Shown here piece after piece: positions 26,845 through 35,618 of a stretch of 64,000 nucleotides of DNA. The notes beneath the pieces were generated by a model. That model ran no database searches. It saw only the letters and a list, made by a program, of their open reading frames with translations, and was not told the DNA's origin. Source of the DNA: Candidatus Latescibacterota bacterium (GTDB taxonomy: Bacteria > Latescibacterota > UBA2968 > UBA8231). The position numbers and the translations under genes were made by a program. How positions within the stretch are numbered: the stretch's first letter is position 1; each line of letters opens with the position of its first letter. Location of the stretch: assembly GCA_965242865.1 (NCBI GenBank), contig CBDETK010000013.1, forward strand, positions 288,001 through 352,000, written 5' to 3'.

Positions 26845-29520
26845 ATGACGACACATAACGACGAATTCGGCGCACGCACCCGGCTGGAATGCAGCGGCGG
26901 CAGCGGCGTCCTGTACCGCATTCAAAAGCTAGAAGACGACGGCATCGCCGCGGTGAGCCGGCTGCCCTATTCGATCAAAATCCTGCTGGAGGCCGCGCTC
27001 CGGCAGTGCGACGGGTTTGAGATTACCCGCGAGGACGTCGAGCGCATTGCACGCTGGAGTCCCGAGACAGCGGGCCAAGTAGAGATTCCCTTCAAGCCAG
27101 CGCGCGTGGTGATGCAGGATTTTACCGGCGTGCCGGCCGTGGTCGACTTGGCCGCCATGCGCGACGCCGTGGCCGATTTGGGCGACGACCCGGAAAAGGT
27201 CAATCCCCTGATTCCGGTTGACTTGGTCATCGATCATTCGGTGCAGGTCGATTACTACGGCATGCGCGAGGCACTGGCCATGAACGCCGCCCGCGAGTTT
27301 GAGCGCAACCGCGAGCGCTACGAGTTTTTGCGCTGGGGTCAGCAATCCTTCGACAATTTCCGCGTGGTGCCGCCGGCCACCGGCATCGTGCATCAGGTCA
27401 ACTTGGAGTATCTGGCGCAGGTGGTGCAGGAGCAGGACGGAGTGTTTTACCCGGACAGCCTAGTGGGCACGGACAGCCACACGACCATGATCAACGGCCT
27501 CGGCGTCCTCGGCTGGGGCGTGGGCGGCATTGAGGCCGAAGCCGTGATGTTGGGGCAGCCGATTTACATGCTTTTGCCCCAAGTGGTCGGCGTCAAGCTG
27601 ACGGGCGCGTTGCCCACAGGAACGACGGCTACGGACTTGGTGCTGACGGTGGTGCAGATGCTCCGGGCGCATGGGGTGGTTGGCAAGTTCGTCGAATTTT
27701 ACGGCCCGGGCTTGAGCGAACTGAGCTTGGCCGACCGGGCGACCCTCGCCAACATGGCCCCGGAATACGGGGCGACGACAGGCATTTTCCCGGTTGACGA
27801 GGAGACGCTCGCGTACTTGGTGCTCACCGGGCGCAAAAAAGCGGTGGTTGAGCGAGTTCGCGCGTACATGGAAGCGCAGGGCATGCTCTACCGCGCCGAG
27901 GGGCCTGACCCCGTCTTTAGCGAACACTTGGCATTGGATATGGGGGCCGTTGAGCCGAGCTTGGCCGGTCCGACGCGGCCGCAGGACCGCGTCGCGCTCA
28001 AGGATGTGCCCACGGCCTTCGCCGCCTCCCTGACAGACCGCTTTGAGGTGGCAGACAGCGGCAAAAAGGTCGCCGTCCATTTGGGCGAGCAGGGCGCGGT
28101 TGAGTTGGCCCACGGCGCAGTGCTCATCGCCGCCATTACCTCCTGCACGAATACCAGCAACCCGAGCGCGATGGTGGGGGCGGGGCTGTTGGCGCGCAAT
28201 GCAGCCGAGCGGGGCCTTTCAGTACCGGCCCACGTCAAGACCAGCTTGGCGCCGGGCAGCCGGGTCGTCTCCCGCTACCTCGACGCGGCTGGCCTCACCG
28301 AGAGCCTAGAGGCTCTCGGCTTCCACACGGTCGGCTATGGTTGCACGACCTGCATCGGCAACTCGGGGCCGCTGCCCGAGGAAATCGCCGCGGCCGTGGC
28401 CGACAACGACTTGGTGGTGTGTAGCGTACTCAGCGGCAACCGCAATTTCGAGGGCCGGGTCCACGCGACGACGCGGGCCAATTTCCTCGCCTCGCCGCCT
28501 TTAGTCGTGGCCTACGCGCTCGCCGGCCGAGCGACGATCGCCTTTGAACGCGAGCCGCTGGGGCGCGACCAAGCCGGCCGCGAGGTGTTCCTGCGCGATA
28601 TATGGCCCTCGCCGGACCAGATCCGCGCCGCGCTTGCTCGCTCGCTGACGCCCAAGATGTTCGAGGAAGAATACGGCAATGCGTTCCGGCAAAACGAGAC
28701 TTGGAACGCCATTCCCGTGCCCGAGGGCACGCGCTACGCTTGGGCCGAGGAGAGCACGTACATTCGCAAGCCGAACTTCTTCGACGGCCTCACCAAGAAG
28801 GCCCAGCCGATCCAGCCGATTCGCGGCGCCCGCGTCTTGGCCCAGCTCGGCGACAGCGTGACGACCGACCACATCTCGCCGGCCGGTGCGATCGCCGTGG
28901 GCAGCCCGGGGGCCGAGTATCTCGCCCGCCGCGGCGTTGAGCGCAAGGATTGGAACAGCTATGGCTCCAGACGCGGCAACCACGAGGTGATGATGCGGGG
29001 CACGTTTGCCAATATCCGCATCCGCAATGAGCTGGTGCCCGGCGTCGAGGGAGGTTATACGCGCCACCTGCCTTCGGGCGAGCAGATGACCATCTACGAG
29101 GCGGCCATGCGCTACGGAGCGGAAGGCGTACCGTCGATAGTTATCGCGGGTAAGGAGTACGGATCGGGTTCGAGCCGCGACTGGGCGGCCAAAGGCCCCT
29201 TCCTGCAAGGCGTCAAGGCCGCCATCGCCGAGAGCTACGAGCGCATCCACCGCTCAAACCTGATTGGGATGGGCATTCTGCCGCTGCAATTTTCCCCCGG
29301 TGAAGGCCGCCACGCGCTGGGGCTGACCGGCGAGGAGCTATACGATGTCGAGGGCCTCGACGACGACCTACAGCCGGGGCAGGTGCTGGAGGTGGTGGCG
29401 AAGAGCACTGCGGGCGAGAAGCGCTTTGCAGTGATATGCCGGATAGACACCCCGGTGGAGATCAACTACTACCGCAACGGGGGGATCCTGCACACCGTAC
29501 TCAGGCGGATGGCCGAGTAG
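26845..29520 (+). CDS. acnA: Aconitate hydratase A
   Basis: [78 protein letters not shown]. Confidence 0.98.
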   Translation: MTTHNDEFGARTRLECSGGSGVLYRIQKLEDDGIAAVSRLPYSIKILLEAALRQCDGFEITREDVERIARWSPETAGQVEIPFKPARVVMQDFTGVPAVVDLAAMRDAVADLGDDPEKVNPLIPVDLVIDHSVQVDYYGMREALAMNAAREFERNRERYEFLRWGQQSFDNFRVVPPATGIVHQVNLEYLAQVVQEQDGVFYPDSLVGTDSHTTMINGLGVLGWGVGGIEAEAVMLGQPIYMLLPQVVGVKLTGALPTGTTATDLVLTVVQMLRAHGVVGKFVEFYGPGLSELSLADRATLANMAPEYGATTGIFPVDEETLAYLVLTGRKKAVVERVRAYMEAQGMLYRAEGPDPVFSEHLALDMGAVEPSLAGPTRPQDRVALKDVPTAFAASLTDRFEVADSGKKVAVHLGEQGAVELAHGAVLIAAITSCTNTSNPSAMVGAGLLARNAAERGLSVPAHVKTSLAPGSRVVSRYLDAAGLTESLEALGFHTVGYGCTTCIGNSGPLPEEIAAAVADNDLVVCSVLSGNRNFEGRVHATTRANFLASPPLVVAYALAGRATIAFEREPLGRDQAGREVFLRDIWPSPDQIRAALARSLTPKMFEEEYGNAFRQNETWNAIPVPEGTRYAWAEESTYIRKPNFFDGLTKKAQPIQPIRGARVLAQLGDSVTTDHISPAGAIAVGSPGAEYLARRGVERKDWNSYGSRRGNHEVMMRGTFANIRIRNELVPGVEGGYTRHLPSGEQMTIYEAAMRYGAEGVPSIVIAGKEYGSGSSRDWAAKGPFLQGVKAAIAESYERIHRSNLIGMGILPLQFSPGEGRHALGLTGEELYDVEGLDDDLQPGQVLEVVAKSTAGEKRFAVICRIDTPVEINYYRNGGILHTVLRRMAE

Positions 29521-29628
29521 GCGAGAGATGCAATGCGTTCTTTTGCCGGGGATGCAGCGAGCGATGCGGCTCGATGATGGCAGCGAAGAATTTGATCGAG
29601 AGTACCGGGAGCGGTTCCCGGAGCGAGC

Positions 29629-31707
29629 TTAGGGCTTCTCGCCCCCGATGAAATCGGCGATGGCGCGGGCTTCCGCTGGAGTGATGTTCAACGACTTGGA
29701 CGTTCCCGGGGCAAACTGCTTGGGATTGGCGAGAAACCGTTCCAAGCGGGTCGGCGTCCACACCTCGTCCAGCGAGCGGAGGGCGTCTGAGAACAGGTAG
29801 CCGCCCACCGAGCCGATGCGCCGCCCAACCACGCCGACCAGATGCGGACCGATGCCGTGCTCCTCGGCAGTCAGGTTATGACAACCGCTGCAATGCATGC
29901 CGTATAGCTGAGCACCAGTCGCCGCGCCCGTACCCGCCGTATCCGCGCAGTCAACCGCATAGACCTTGCGGTTCAACGTATTCTCGTCGTTGCAGTAGGC
30001 GTAGGATCGGCTCAGGAAATAGACTCGTCCATCATCGGCCAACAGCGCGATCCGTCCATCCGGCATCTGCGCGAGATCCCGGATCCGGTCGCCAATGTCA
30101 ATGCGCTCGACGTATTGTACATCCGTACCGTGGCGGCGGGCTCGAAAGAGCGCGTGACCGGCAAGCGAACTGATCAGCAGGTCGTCTTTCCACAGCGGGA
30201 ACCAGTGCTCGTCATTGACGACGAGATTGGAGATGCCGATGGACGGGACCCAAGCGGAAACGGGCTTTATAAAGCCATCGTGGAACCCCGCCTCTTCGGC
30301 GTTGGGCACGAGAACTTCTCTAAAATACCCCATGCCATAGGTAACCTGCGGCCAGCCGTAATTGCCGCCCAGTTCCAGCACATTGAGTTCATCGCCGCCG
30401 CGCGGTCCGTGCTCGGTTTCCCACACGGTGCCGGCCACGTCCCGGGTCAGCCCTTGCGGATTGCGGAGGCCCCAAGCCAGGGTCAACGCCCGGCCGGTCT
30501 CGATTTCGATGCGGACGAGCTTGCCTAAGTGCGAGTTTGGGTCTTGAGCGGGGGAGGGATGCCTATAATGATCGCCAATTACGACCAACAAGTGGTCGGG
30601 ACCATCCGTTACCATCCGGCCGCCCGCTTGCTCGGATGCAGCACTCAGGCAAGGCTCCGCATCAAAGATCGTCCTCCACGCTGGCGAGACCGACACATCC
30701 GCGCCTGCAAAAAGAAGCGTCGTAGCGGACAACCGGAAGCGGATGCACTCGCCCGTGAAGTAGTGATGCGTCACAAACAGGTCATACCGCCCCGCCGAGT
30801 GCTGTTTCAACAAAATGTCGGCCACTCGAAACTCGTCCGGTCTGAAATCTGCTTTGTCCGGGTGCGCTTGGAGTTCCTCCCTATTCATCGGCACGTTCCC
30901 CTCGAGATAGGCCACCTCCCGGGTTGGGCGCACCAGCGCGAGCTTTCCCCACGGCGTTGCCATGAGCAACTCACTGCCCAACAGCGCGATGGCACCGCCG
31001 TACGCACCATCTAATGAGCGGAAATAGACCCCATTGAGATCCAGAGCATATAAGTGCGTCGTAAGTGTCCGGGTTCGGGCGGCGCCGACGACGCCCACCA
31101 CCGCTGTCGCCGAGTACGACACCCCATCCTTGTCATAGTCTATCTGAACCGATACGCGCTTCCCTTGCATTTCGGGCGTCGTAAAGCACTTCCAATTCTC
31201 CTGATTCGGCAACAGCTTGCACCCGGCTCCGTCGGCGTTGCAAATAGACCAATAAAACGGCGACCGGTTCGCAACTGGATACTGGCTGTCCAAGCCGACC
31301 GTTATGAATTCTCCTACAAAATACGGGGGCAGGGAGCTTCCAATCGCATCGGCTGGGGCCGCTTGGAGCGCGGGGGCTGTTATCCCAACCGGGGCCGACC
31401 ACTCGGACAGCCCCTCAGCGTTGGCAGCAGCCACCCGAACCTCATACTCCATCCCGCTCATCGCCCACCGATCCGCGATGGTATAGGGCGAGGAGGGCGA
31501 GGTGTATTCGCTCCAAGCGGGGACGAGTTGGTTTTTCGGTCGGACCGCGACCTTGTAACGGGTCGCGCCGGGAATTTCGCGCCAAGCGACGGTCAGGCGT
31601 CGGTTGGCAGCACTCACGGCGACTTCGGTAGGCGTACCGAGGGCTTCCGTCTTGTCGGGGATGCTTTCGGCGTACACGCCGCTCGCGGCAGCCAACAGCA
31701 TGAGCAA
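29629..31707 (-). CDS. Secreted FN3 + PQQ-dependent sugar dehydrogenase (GSDH-like beta-propeller) + cytochrome c protein
   Basis: FN3-like N-terminus (YEVRVAAANAEGLSEWS), GLRNPQGL, TEHGPRGGDELN, NYGWP, heme motif CSGCH with GPHLVGV; the true ATG may be 31757 across a poly-C tract. Confidence 0.8.
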   Translation of the reverse strand: MLMLLAAASGVYAESIPDKTEALGTPTEVAVSAANRRLTVAWREIPGATRYKVAVRPKNQLVPAWSEYTSPSSPYTIADRWAMSGMEYEVRVAAANAEGLSEWSAPVGITAPALQAAPADAIGSSLPPYFVGEFITVGLDSQYPVANRSPFYWSICNADGAGCKLLPNQENWKCFTTPEMQGKRVSVQIDYDKDGVSYSATAVVGVVGAARTRTLTTHLYALDLNGVYFRSLDGAYGGAIALLGSELLMATPWGKLALVRPTREVAYLEGNVPMNREELQAHPDKADFRPDEFRVADILLKQHSAGRYDLFVTHHYFTGECIRFRLSATTLLFAGADVSVSPAWRTIFDAEPCLSAASEQAGGRMVTDGPDHLLVVIGDHYRHPSPAQDPNSHLGKLVRIEIETGRALTLAWGLRNPQGLTRDVAGTVWETEHGPRGGDELNVLELGGNYGWPQVTYGMGYFREVLVPNAEEAGFHDGFIKPVSAWVPSIGISNLVVNDEHWFPLWKDDLLISSLAGHALFRARRHGTDVQYVERIDIGDRIRDLAQMPDGRIALLADDGRVYFLSRSYAYCNDENTLNRKVYAVDCADTAGTGAATGAQLYGMHCSGCHNLTAEEHGIGPHLVGVVGRRIGSVGGYLFSDALRSLDEVWTPTRLERFLANPKQFAPGTSKSLNITPAEARAIADFIGGEKP

Positions 31708-31890
31708 GAGAGCAAGTAGCGAAACTCGGGAGCGGATTTTTCGGGGGGGGGTAACATATTGTTTTTCAACGACTTATGAAAAATTATTTAACATTATTGT
31801 TTCAAAGATGTCCAACCCATGGTGCTTGGCAGGCTTTCGCGCTTGCGTCAATTTGCTCTCGATACTCTCTGATAAAAGACGGTGGCGTTT

Positions 31891-32262
31891 TTACTTGAGC
31901 ACGGCGACGGCTGCACCCAGCGCGGTGACGAGAATGCTGGTGCAGGCGATGAGCATGGCCATTAGCCGTGCATAGCGTGCATCGAGTTGCTTGCCTAAGT
32001 CGTTGATCTGTTCGTTGGTCTGGTCAATTCGCTCGCTCATCTCGGTGCGTAGGTCGTCAATCCGCCCGTTCATCTCGGTACGTAGGTCGTCAATCCGCCC
32101 GTTGGTCTGCTCAATCCGCTGACCCATCTCGGTGCGTAGGTCGTCAATCCGCCCGTGTACTTGGCGGACGTCTTGACGCAGGTCTTGAATATCCTCGCGC
32201 AGGAAGCTCAACGCGAGGGTGGATTCCGTCGGCTGGACGGGCTTGGGGGCTTGATCGGCCAT
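31891..32262 (-). CDS. Coiled-coil repeat protein with C-terminal membrane anchor
   Basis: Three GRIDDLRTEM repeats and a hydrophobic C-terminus; start MADQAP with a GGAGG RBS. Confidence 0.7.
   Translation of the reverse strand: MADQAPKPVQPTESTLALSFLREDIQDLRQDVRQVHGRIDDLRTEMGQRIEQTNGRIDDLRTEMNGRIDDLRTEMSERIDQTNEQINDLGKQLDARYARLMAMLIACTSILVTALGAAVAVLK
32038..32156. repeat. Three intragenic 32-bp near-identical repeats
   Basis: CATCTCGGTRCGTAGGTCGTCAATCCGCCCGT at 32038, 32071 and 32125. Confidence 0.85.
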
Positions 32263-32421
32263 GAGAAGTTCCTCCGTTGATAAATGTAGGGGACGACTTC
32301 GCACCTGCAAAAAGCAGGCCACGCCTAAGTCACCGCCCGCTCCCTCTGGTAGAAGTATATGCCGTATGCCTCATGTATGCCTTTGTGGAAACGACCCTGT
32401 TCCTCAGAGGTAACAGCCCCT

Positions 32422-32961
32422 TCATTTGACCAAGGTGGCAATTTGCTTGAACTCCGCCGTCCCCGCCTCCTGTAGCAATTCAAATAGACCCATTTCCACC
32501 GCTGTGATCTGTGCGCCAGCGGCCGCCATTTTTTGCAGTCCCAGTGCCTTGTTCTCAGGGGTGCGCGAGGAGACCGCGTCGGCGACGACTTCGACTTGGT
32601 ACCCTGAGCCGAGCAAATCGCGGGCAGTTTGATAGACGCAGATGTGGCTTTCGATCCCGGCCAACAGGATCTGGCGTCGGCCAGTCTGGCGCAGTTGGGT
32701 TTGGAAAGCACTCAGGCCCCAGGCACTAAAGCAGGTCTTGGCCAGCGGTTTTTGGCCGGAGAGCAGGTCGGCGACCTCGGGAATGGTGGGACCAAGCCCT
32801 TGGGGATATTGCTCCAGCCACAGGATGGGCAGCTTTAGAACCTGGGCGCCCTTGACGAGAATCTGTAGCTGGCAATAGAGGGCCTCGCGCTCGTGCATCA
32901 GCGAGGCCAGCTTGCCCTGAATGTCGATGAGGACGAGCGCGGTGTGGTCGCGGTTGAGCAT
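32422..32961 (-). CDS. Isochorismatase-family hydrolase
   Basis: LVLIDIQ, EQYPQGLGPT, KTCFS, GIESHICVYQT, DAVSSR. Confidence 0.9.
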   Translation of the reverse strand: MLNRDHTALVLIDIQGKLASLMHEREALYCQLQILVKGAQVLKLPILWLEQYPQGLGPTIPEVADLLSGQKPLAKTCFSAWGLSAFQTQLRQTGRRQILLAGIESHICVYQTARDLLGSGYQVEVVADAVSSRTPENKALGLQKMAAAGAQITAVEMGLFELLQEAGTAEFKQIATLVK

Positions 32962-34106
32962 TAGATGTACCCGGTCGAGCCGTCGGGAAGCGTCGGGCTG
33001 GAGCGTTCCCAGTGGATGTATTCGTCGCCGGCAATGGCTTCTTCATTGACCTCAACGCCGAGCCCCGGCCGGTCCGGCCGCAACTCGAGATAGCCGTCTT
33101 TGGGCAGATACGGTTCGTCAACCCAGTCGTTCCATTCAGACTCGGTCGGCAGGAGGTATTCGAGGATTTTGAAGTTGGGCGCCGAAGCGCAGAAGTGCAG
33201 ATTGACCGCTGTCGCCAACGGCCCCATGGGATTGTGCGGAGCGATGCTGATGTAGTGGGCTTCGGCAAGGGCGTTGATCTTGCGCATTTCGAGCAGGCCG
33301 CCGCAGACGCAGATGTCGGGTTGGATAATATCGGCGCCTTGGTTGGCGATTAGATCGAGAAACTCAAAGCGGGCGTACAGACTCTCGCCGGTGGCCAACG
33401 GCACCTGCAGTTGCGACTTGAGGCTGGTCCACGCTGGAATGTGCTCGGGGCGCAGCGGCTCTTCGTAGAACAGGGGGTCGTACGGCGCAAGGGCGTTGGC
33501 TAGCTGCAAGGCGCGAATCGGCTCAAAAATTTTGGCGTGCGGGTCAAAGGCAAATTCCCAGTCGTCGGGGCAGCCAACGCGCAATTCCTCAAAGTACTGG
33601 GCCGCGGCCCGGCAGACCCGGCCCCAGCGATGGGCGTCTGGACTGAGTCGGTACGGGCTGGTTTTGAAGGCGGTGAAGCCATATTCCTCGTTCAGCCGCC
33701 GAGCTTGGTCGGCGGCCTCTTGGCCGTCGCGGCCCCCGATGGAGCGATAGACGCGCACCCGGTCGCGGGCGTGGCCGCCCAAGAGCTGATAGACCGGGAC
33801 GCCCGCGGCTTTGCCGGAGATGTCCCACAGCGCGTGGTCAATGCCGGAGATGGCCGACAGGCCGATCCCGCCCGGTGGAAAGCGGAACTGCTGGTGCAGC
33901 TTCATCATGATGAACTCGACCCGCCGCGGGTCAATGCCCTTGATTAGCTCAAAGCAGTAATCAACGGTTGGCCCCACGGCGAGATCTGGGCCGATGGAGT
34001 AGGTCTCGCCCCAGCCCGTGATGCCCTCGTCGGTCTCGACTTTGACCAAGACGCGGGGGCGGTTGCCGAAGCGGGCGACGCTGGGGGTGATGGCGGTAAT
34101 TTTCAC
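32961..34106 (-). CDS. Mandelate racemase/muconate lactonizing enzyme family (galactonate-dehydratase-like)
   Basis: VKVETDEGITGWGE, SGIDHALWDISGK, FYEEP, ATGE, IIQPD, APHNPMGP; GTG start at 34106. Confidence 0.88.
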   Translation of the reverse strand: MKITAITPSVARFGNRPRVLVKVETDEGITGWGETYSIGPDLAVGPTVDYCFELIKGIDPRRVEFIMMKLHQQFRFPPGGIGLSAISGIDHALWDISGKAAGVPVYQLLGGHARDRVRVYRSIGGRDGQEAADQARRLNEEYGFTAFKTSPYRLSPDAHRWGRVCRAAAQYFEELRVGCPDDWEFAFDPHAKIFEPIRALQLANALAPYDPLFYEEPLRPEHIPAWTSLKSQLQVPLATGESLYARFEFLDLIANQGADIIQPDICVCGGLLEMRKINALAEAHYISIAPHNPMGPLATAVNLHFCASAPNFKILEYLLPTESEWNDWVDEPYLPKDGYLELRPDRPGLGVEVNEEAIAGDEYIHWERSSPTLPDGSTGYI

Positions 34107-34117
34107 GGCGGGCCTCG

Positions 34118-35491
34118 CTATTGAAAGAAAAGGGGGTACGGGGCGTTTTCGGCTTCGCGTTTGATCAGGTTCATCAGCTCCATGGCGTGGTAGTCGCCCC
34201 ACATGGCTGCCTCGCCGCACGGCATGGCGCGGCCTGGGGGCACGTAGTCCCAGCCGTTGGGCCGATGGTAAATCGCGTGCAGGGTAATGCCTTGGTGTTG
34301 GGGATCGACCGCGAGGTACGGTTCCTCCAAGAGGGCGCGGGCAATGGTAAAGGCCGCGGCGCGATAGCGCGTCCCCCGCGCCCGATCGCCCTTGGACACA
34401 TAGTAATTGCCCAAGCGCAAATACCCTTGGCCGCAGACAGCCGCGGCCGAGCTGTCGAGCGGTTCGACGTCGTTGTACGGGTCGGAGGGCGCGTCGGTTA
34501 TCGCGCCAAAAGAGGCGACCCCGGGCGCGCCCGTATCCCAAAACGGCACGCCGTCGGCAAAGCTGTTGGCGATGTGGAATTCCGCGGTGGCTACGGCGGC
34601 TTTTTCCATGGTTTGCACGATGTCGGCCTTGGCGCCGAAAGGCTCGACGTCGGCCTCGCTGAGCGCGGCGAAATACTCTAGCTGCTCGGCGTAGCCGGCC
34701 AGCACCCACGACAGCCCGCGCGTCCAAGTCGAAAACGGGGTGTAGCCCTGTTGGGTGCTGGGGCAGCGGTACTGGCCGTCGCGGATGTTGAAGATGGATT
34801 CGTGGGCCACCCGGCCGGGCACGTCAAACGCATCGCGTCCCTCGCCGTAATAGACGTTGAACCGGGCGTTGGTCTGGGCGTGTTCAATCAAGCGGCCGAG
34901 CAGGCTGACGCGCTCGTCGCCCTCGCCCATCAGCGCGTGGCCTAGCTGGTGGGCGGTCCCCAAGATGCGCAGCGAGCGCATGGTGTCGGCAAAGAGCGAA
35001 TGCGGGCCGTTGAAGGAGTGGATAAAACCCGAGCCGTACGCGGTTTCGGTCCAGCGCGCGGCCTGCACGGCACCGGACAGCTTGATGGCCAACTCGTAAA
35101 AGTCTAGCTCGCGCGGGTCGTGCGGAATGCGGCCTTCGAGCATCAGGCGGCGCAAGTTGCCATACGTGGAGAGGTTGTTAAAGCCGTGGTCGTGGACGCC
35201 GACATGCGAGACGTGCGGTGCCATCTGCGCGATGGTGCGGTCGCGGCCGAGCGCGAGAAAGCACTCGTCGTCGGCCATGTCGTACTGGAGTATGGCGCAG
35301 CCGTATTGGAATCCTTGGGTCCACTCGGTCCAGCCGCGGGTGGTGTAACGCCCCTGCTGGGTAAAGACCGGGGTGCCGCGCTCTGGGTCCCAAGTGCGGT
35401 CGAGATCGAGAATTTTGGCGCCGGTAAGGGCTAAAAAGCGTTGGATTGCCGGAAGGAGCTTTTGGGCGTTTAGAGCTTGGTCGGGTTTCAC
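34118..35491 (-). CDS. Glycoside hydrolase family 88-like (unsaturated glucuronyl hydrolase-like)
   Basis: WTEWTQGF, HDHGF, TWTRGLSW, PFWD, DSSAAA, WGDY motifs. Confidence 0.75.
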   Translation of the reverse strand: MKPDQALNAQKLLPAIQRFLALTGAKILDLDRTWDPERGTPVFTQQGRYTTRGWTEWTQGFQYGCAILQYDMADDECFLALGRDRTIAQMAPHVSHVGVHDHGFNNLSTYGNLRRLMLEGRIPHDPRELDFYELAIKLSGAVQAARWTETAYGSGFIHSFNGPHSLFADTMRSLRILGTAHQLGHALMGEGDERVSLLGRLIEHAQTNARFNVYYGEGRDAFDVPGRVAHESIFNIRDGQYRCPSTQQGYTPFSTWTRGLSWVLAGYAEQLEYFAALSEADVEPFGAKADIVQTMEKAAVATAEFHIANSFADGVPFWDTGAPGVASFGAITDAPSDPYNDVEPLDSSAAAVCGQGYLRLGNYYVSKGDRARGTRYRAAAFTIARALLEEPYLAVDPQHQGITLHAIYHRPNGWDYVPPGRAMPCGEAAMWGDYHAMELMNLIKREAENAPYPLFFQ

Positions 35492-35618
35492 AGCGGCGGT
35501 TCCTCCTGTTGGGCAGCGAGAAGATAGGAGGGGGGCGGGGGTGGGTCAATGCGGGTTGGTCGGGCGTTGGTCGCTTGCTTATTTTTTCGCCGCACAACCG
35601 AGGCCAAGGAGCAAGCAC

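Noticed and set aside
32038-32156. Possible CRISPR array
   Set aside because: The repeats are in-frame coding repeats with 1-nt and 22-nt gaps, and there are no cas genes
34107-34727. N-terminal extension of the 588-aa ORF and other long overlapping ORFs (e.g. 57473-58915, 37838-38125)
   Set aside because: These are Arg/Pro/Ala-rich shadow frames overlapping well-supported genes, typical of high-GC DNA
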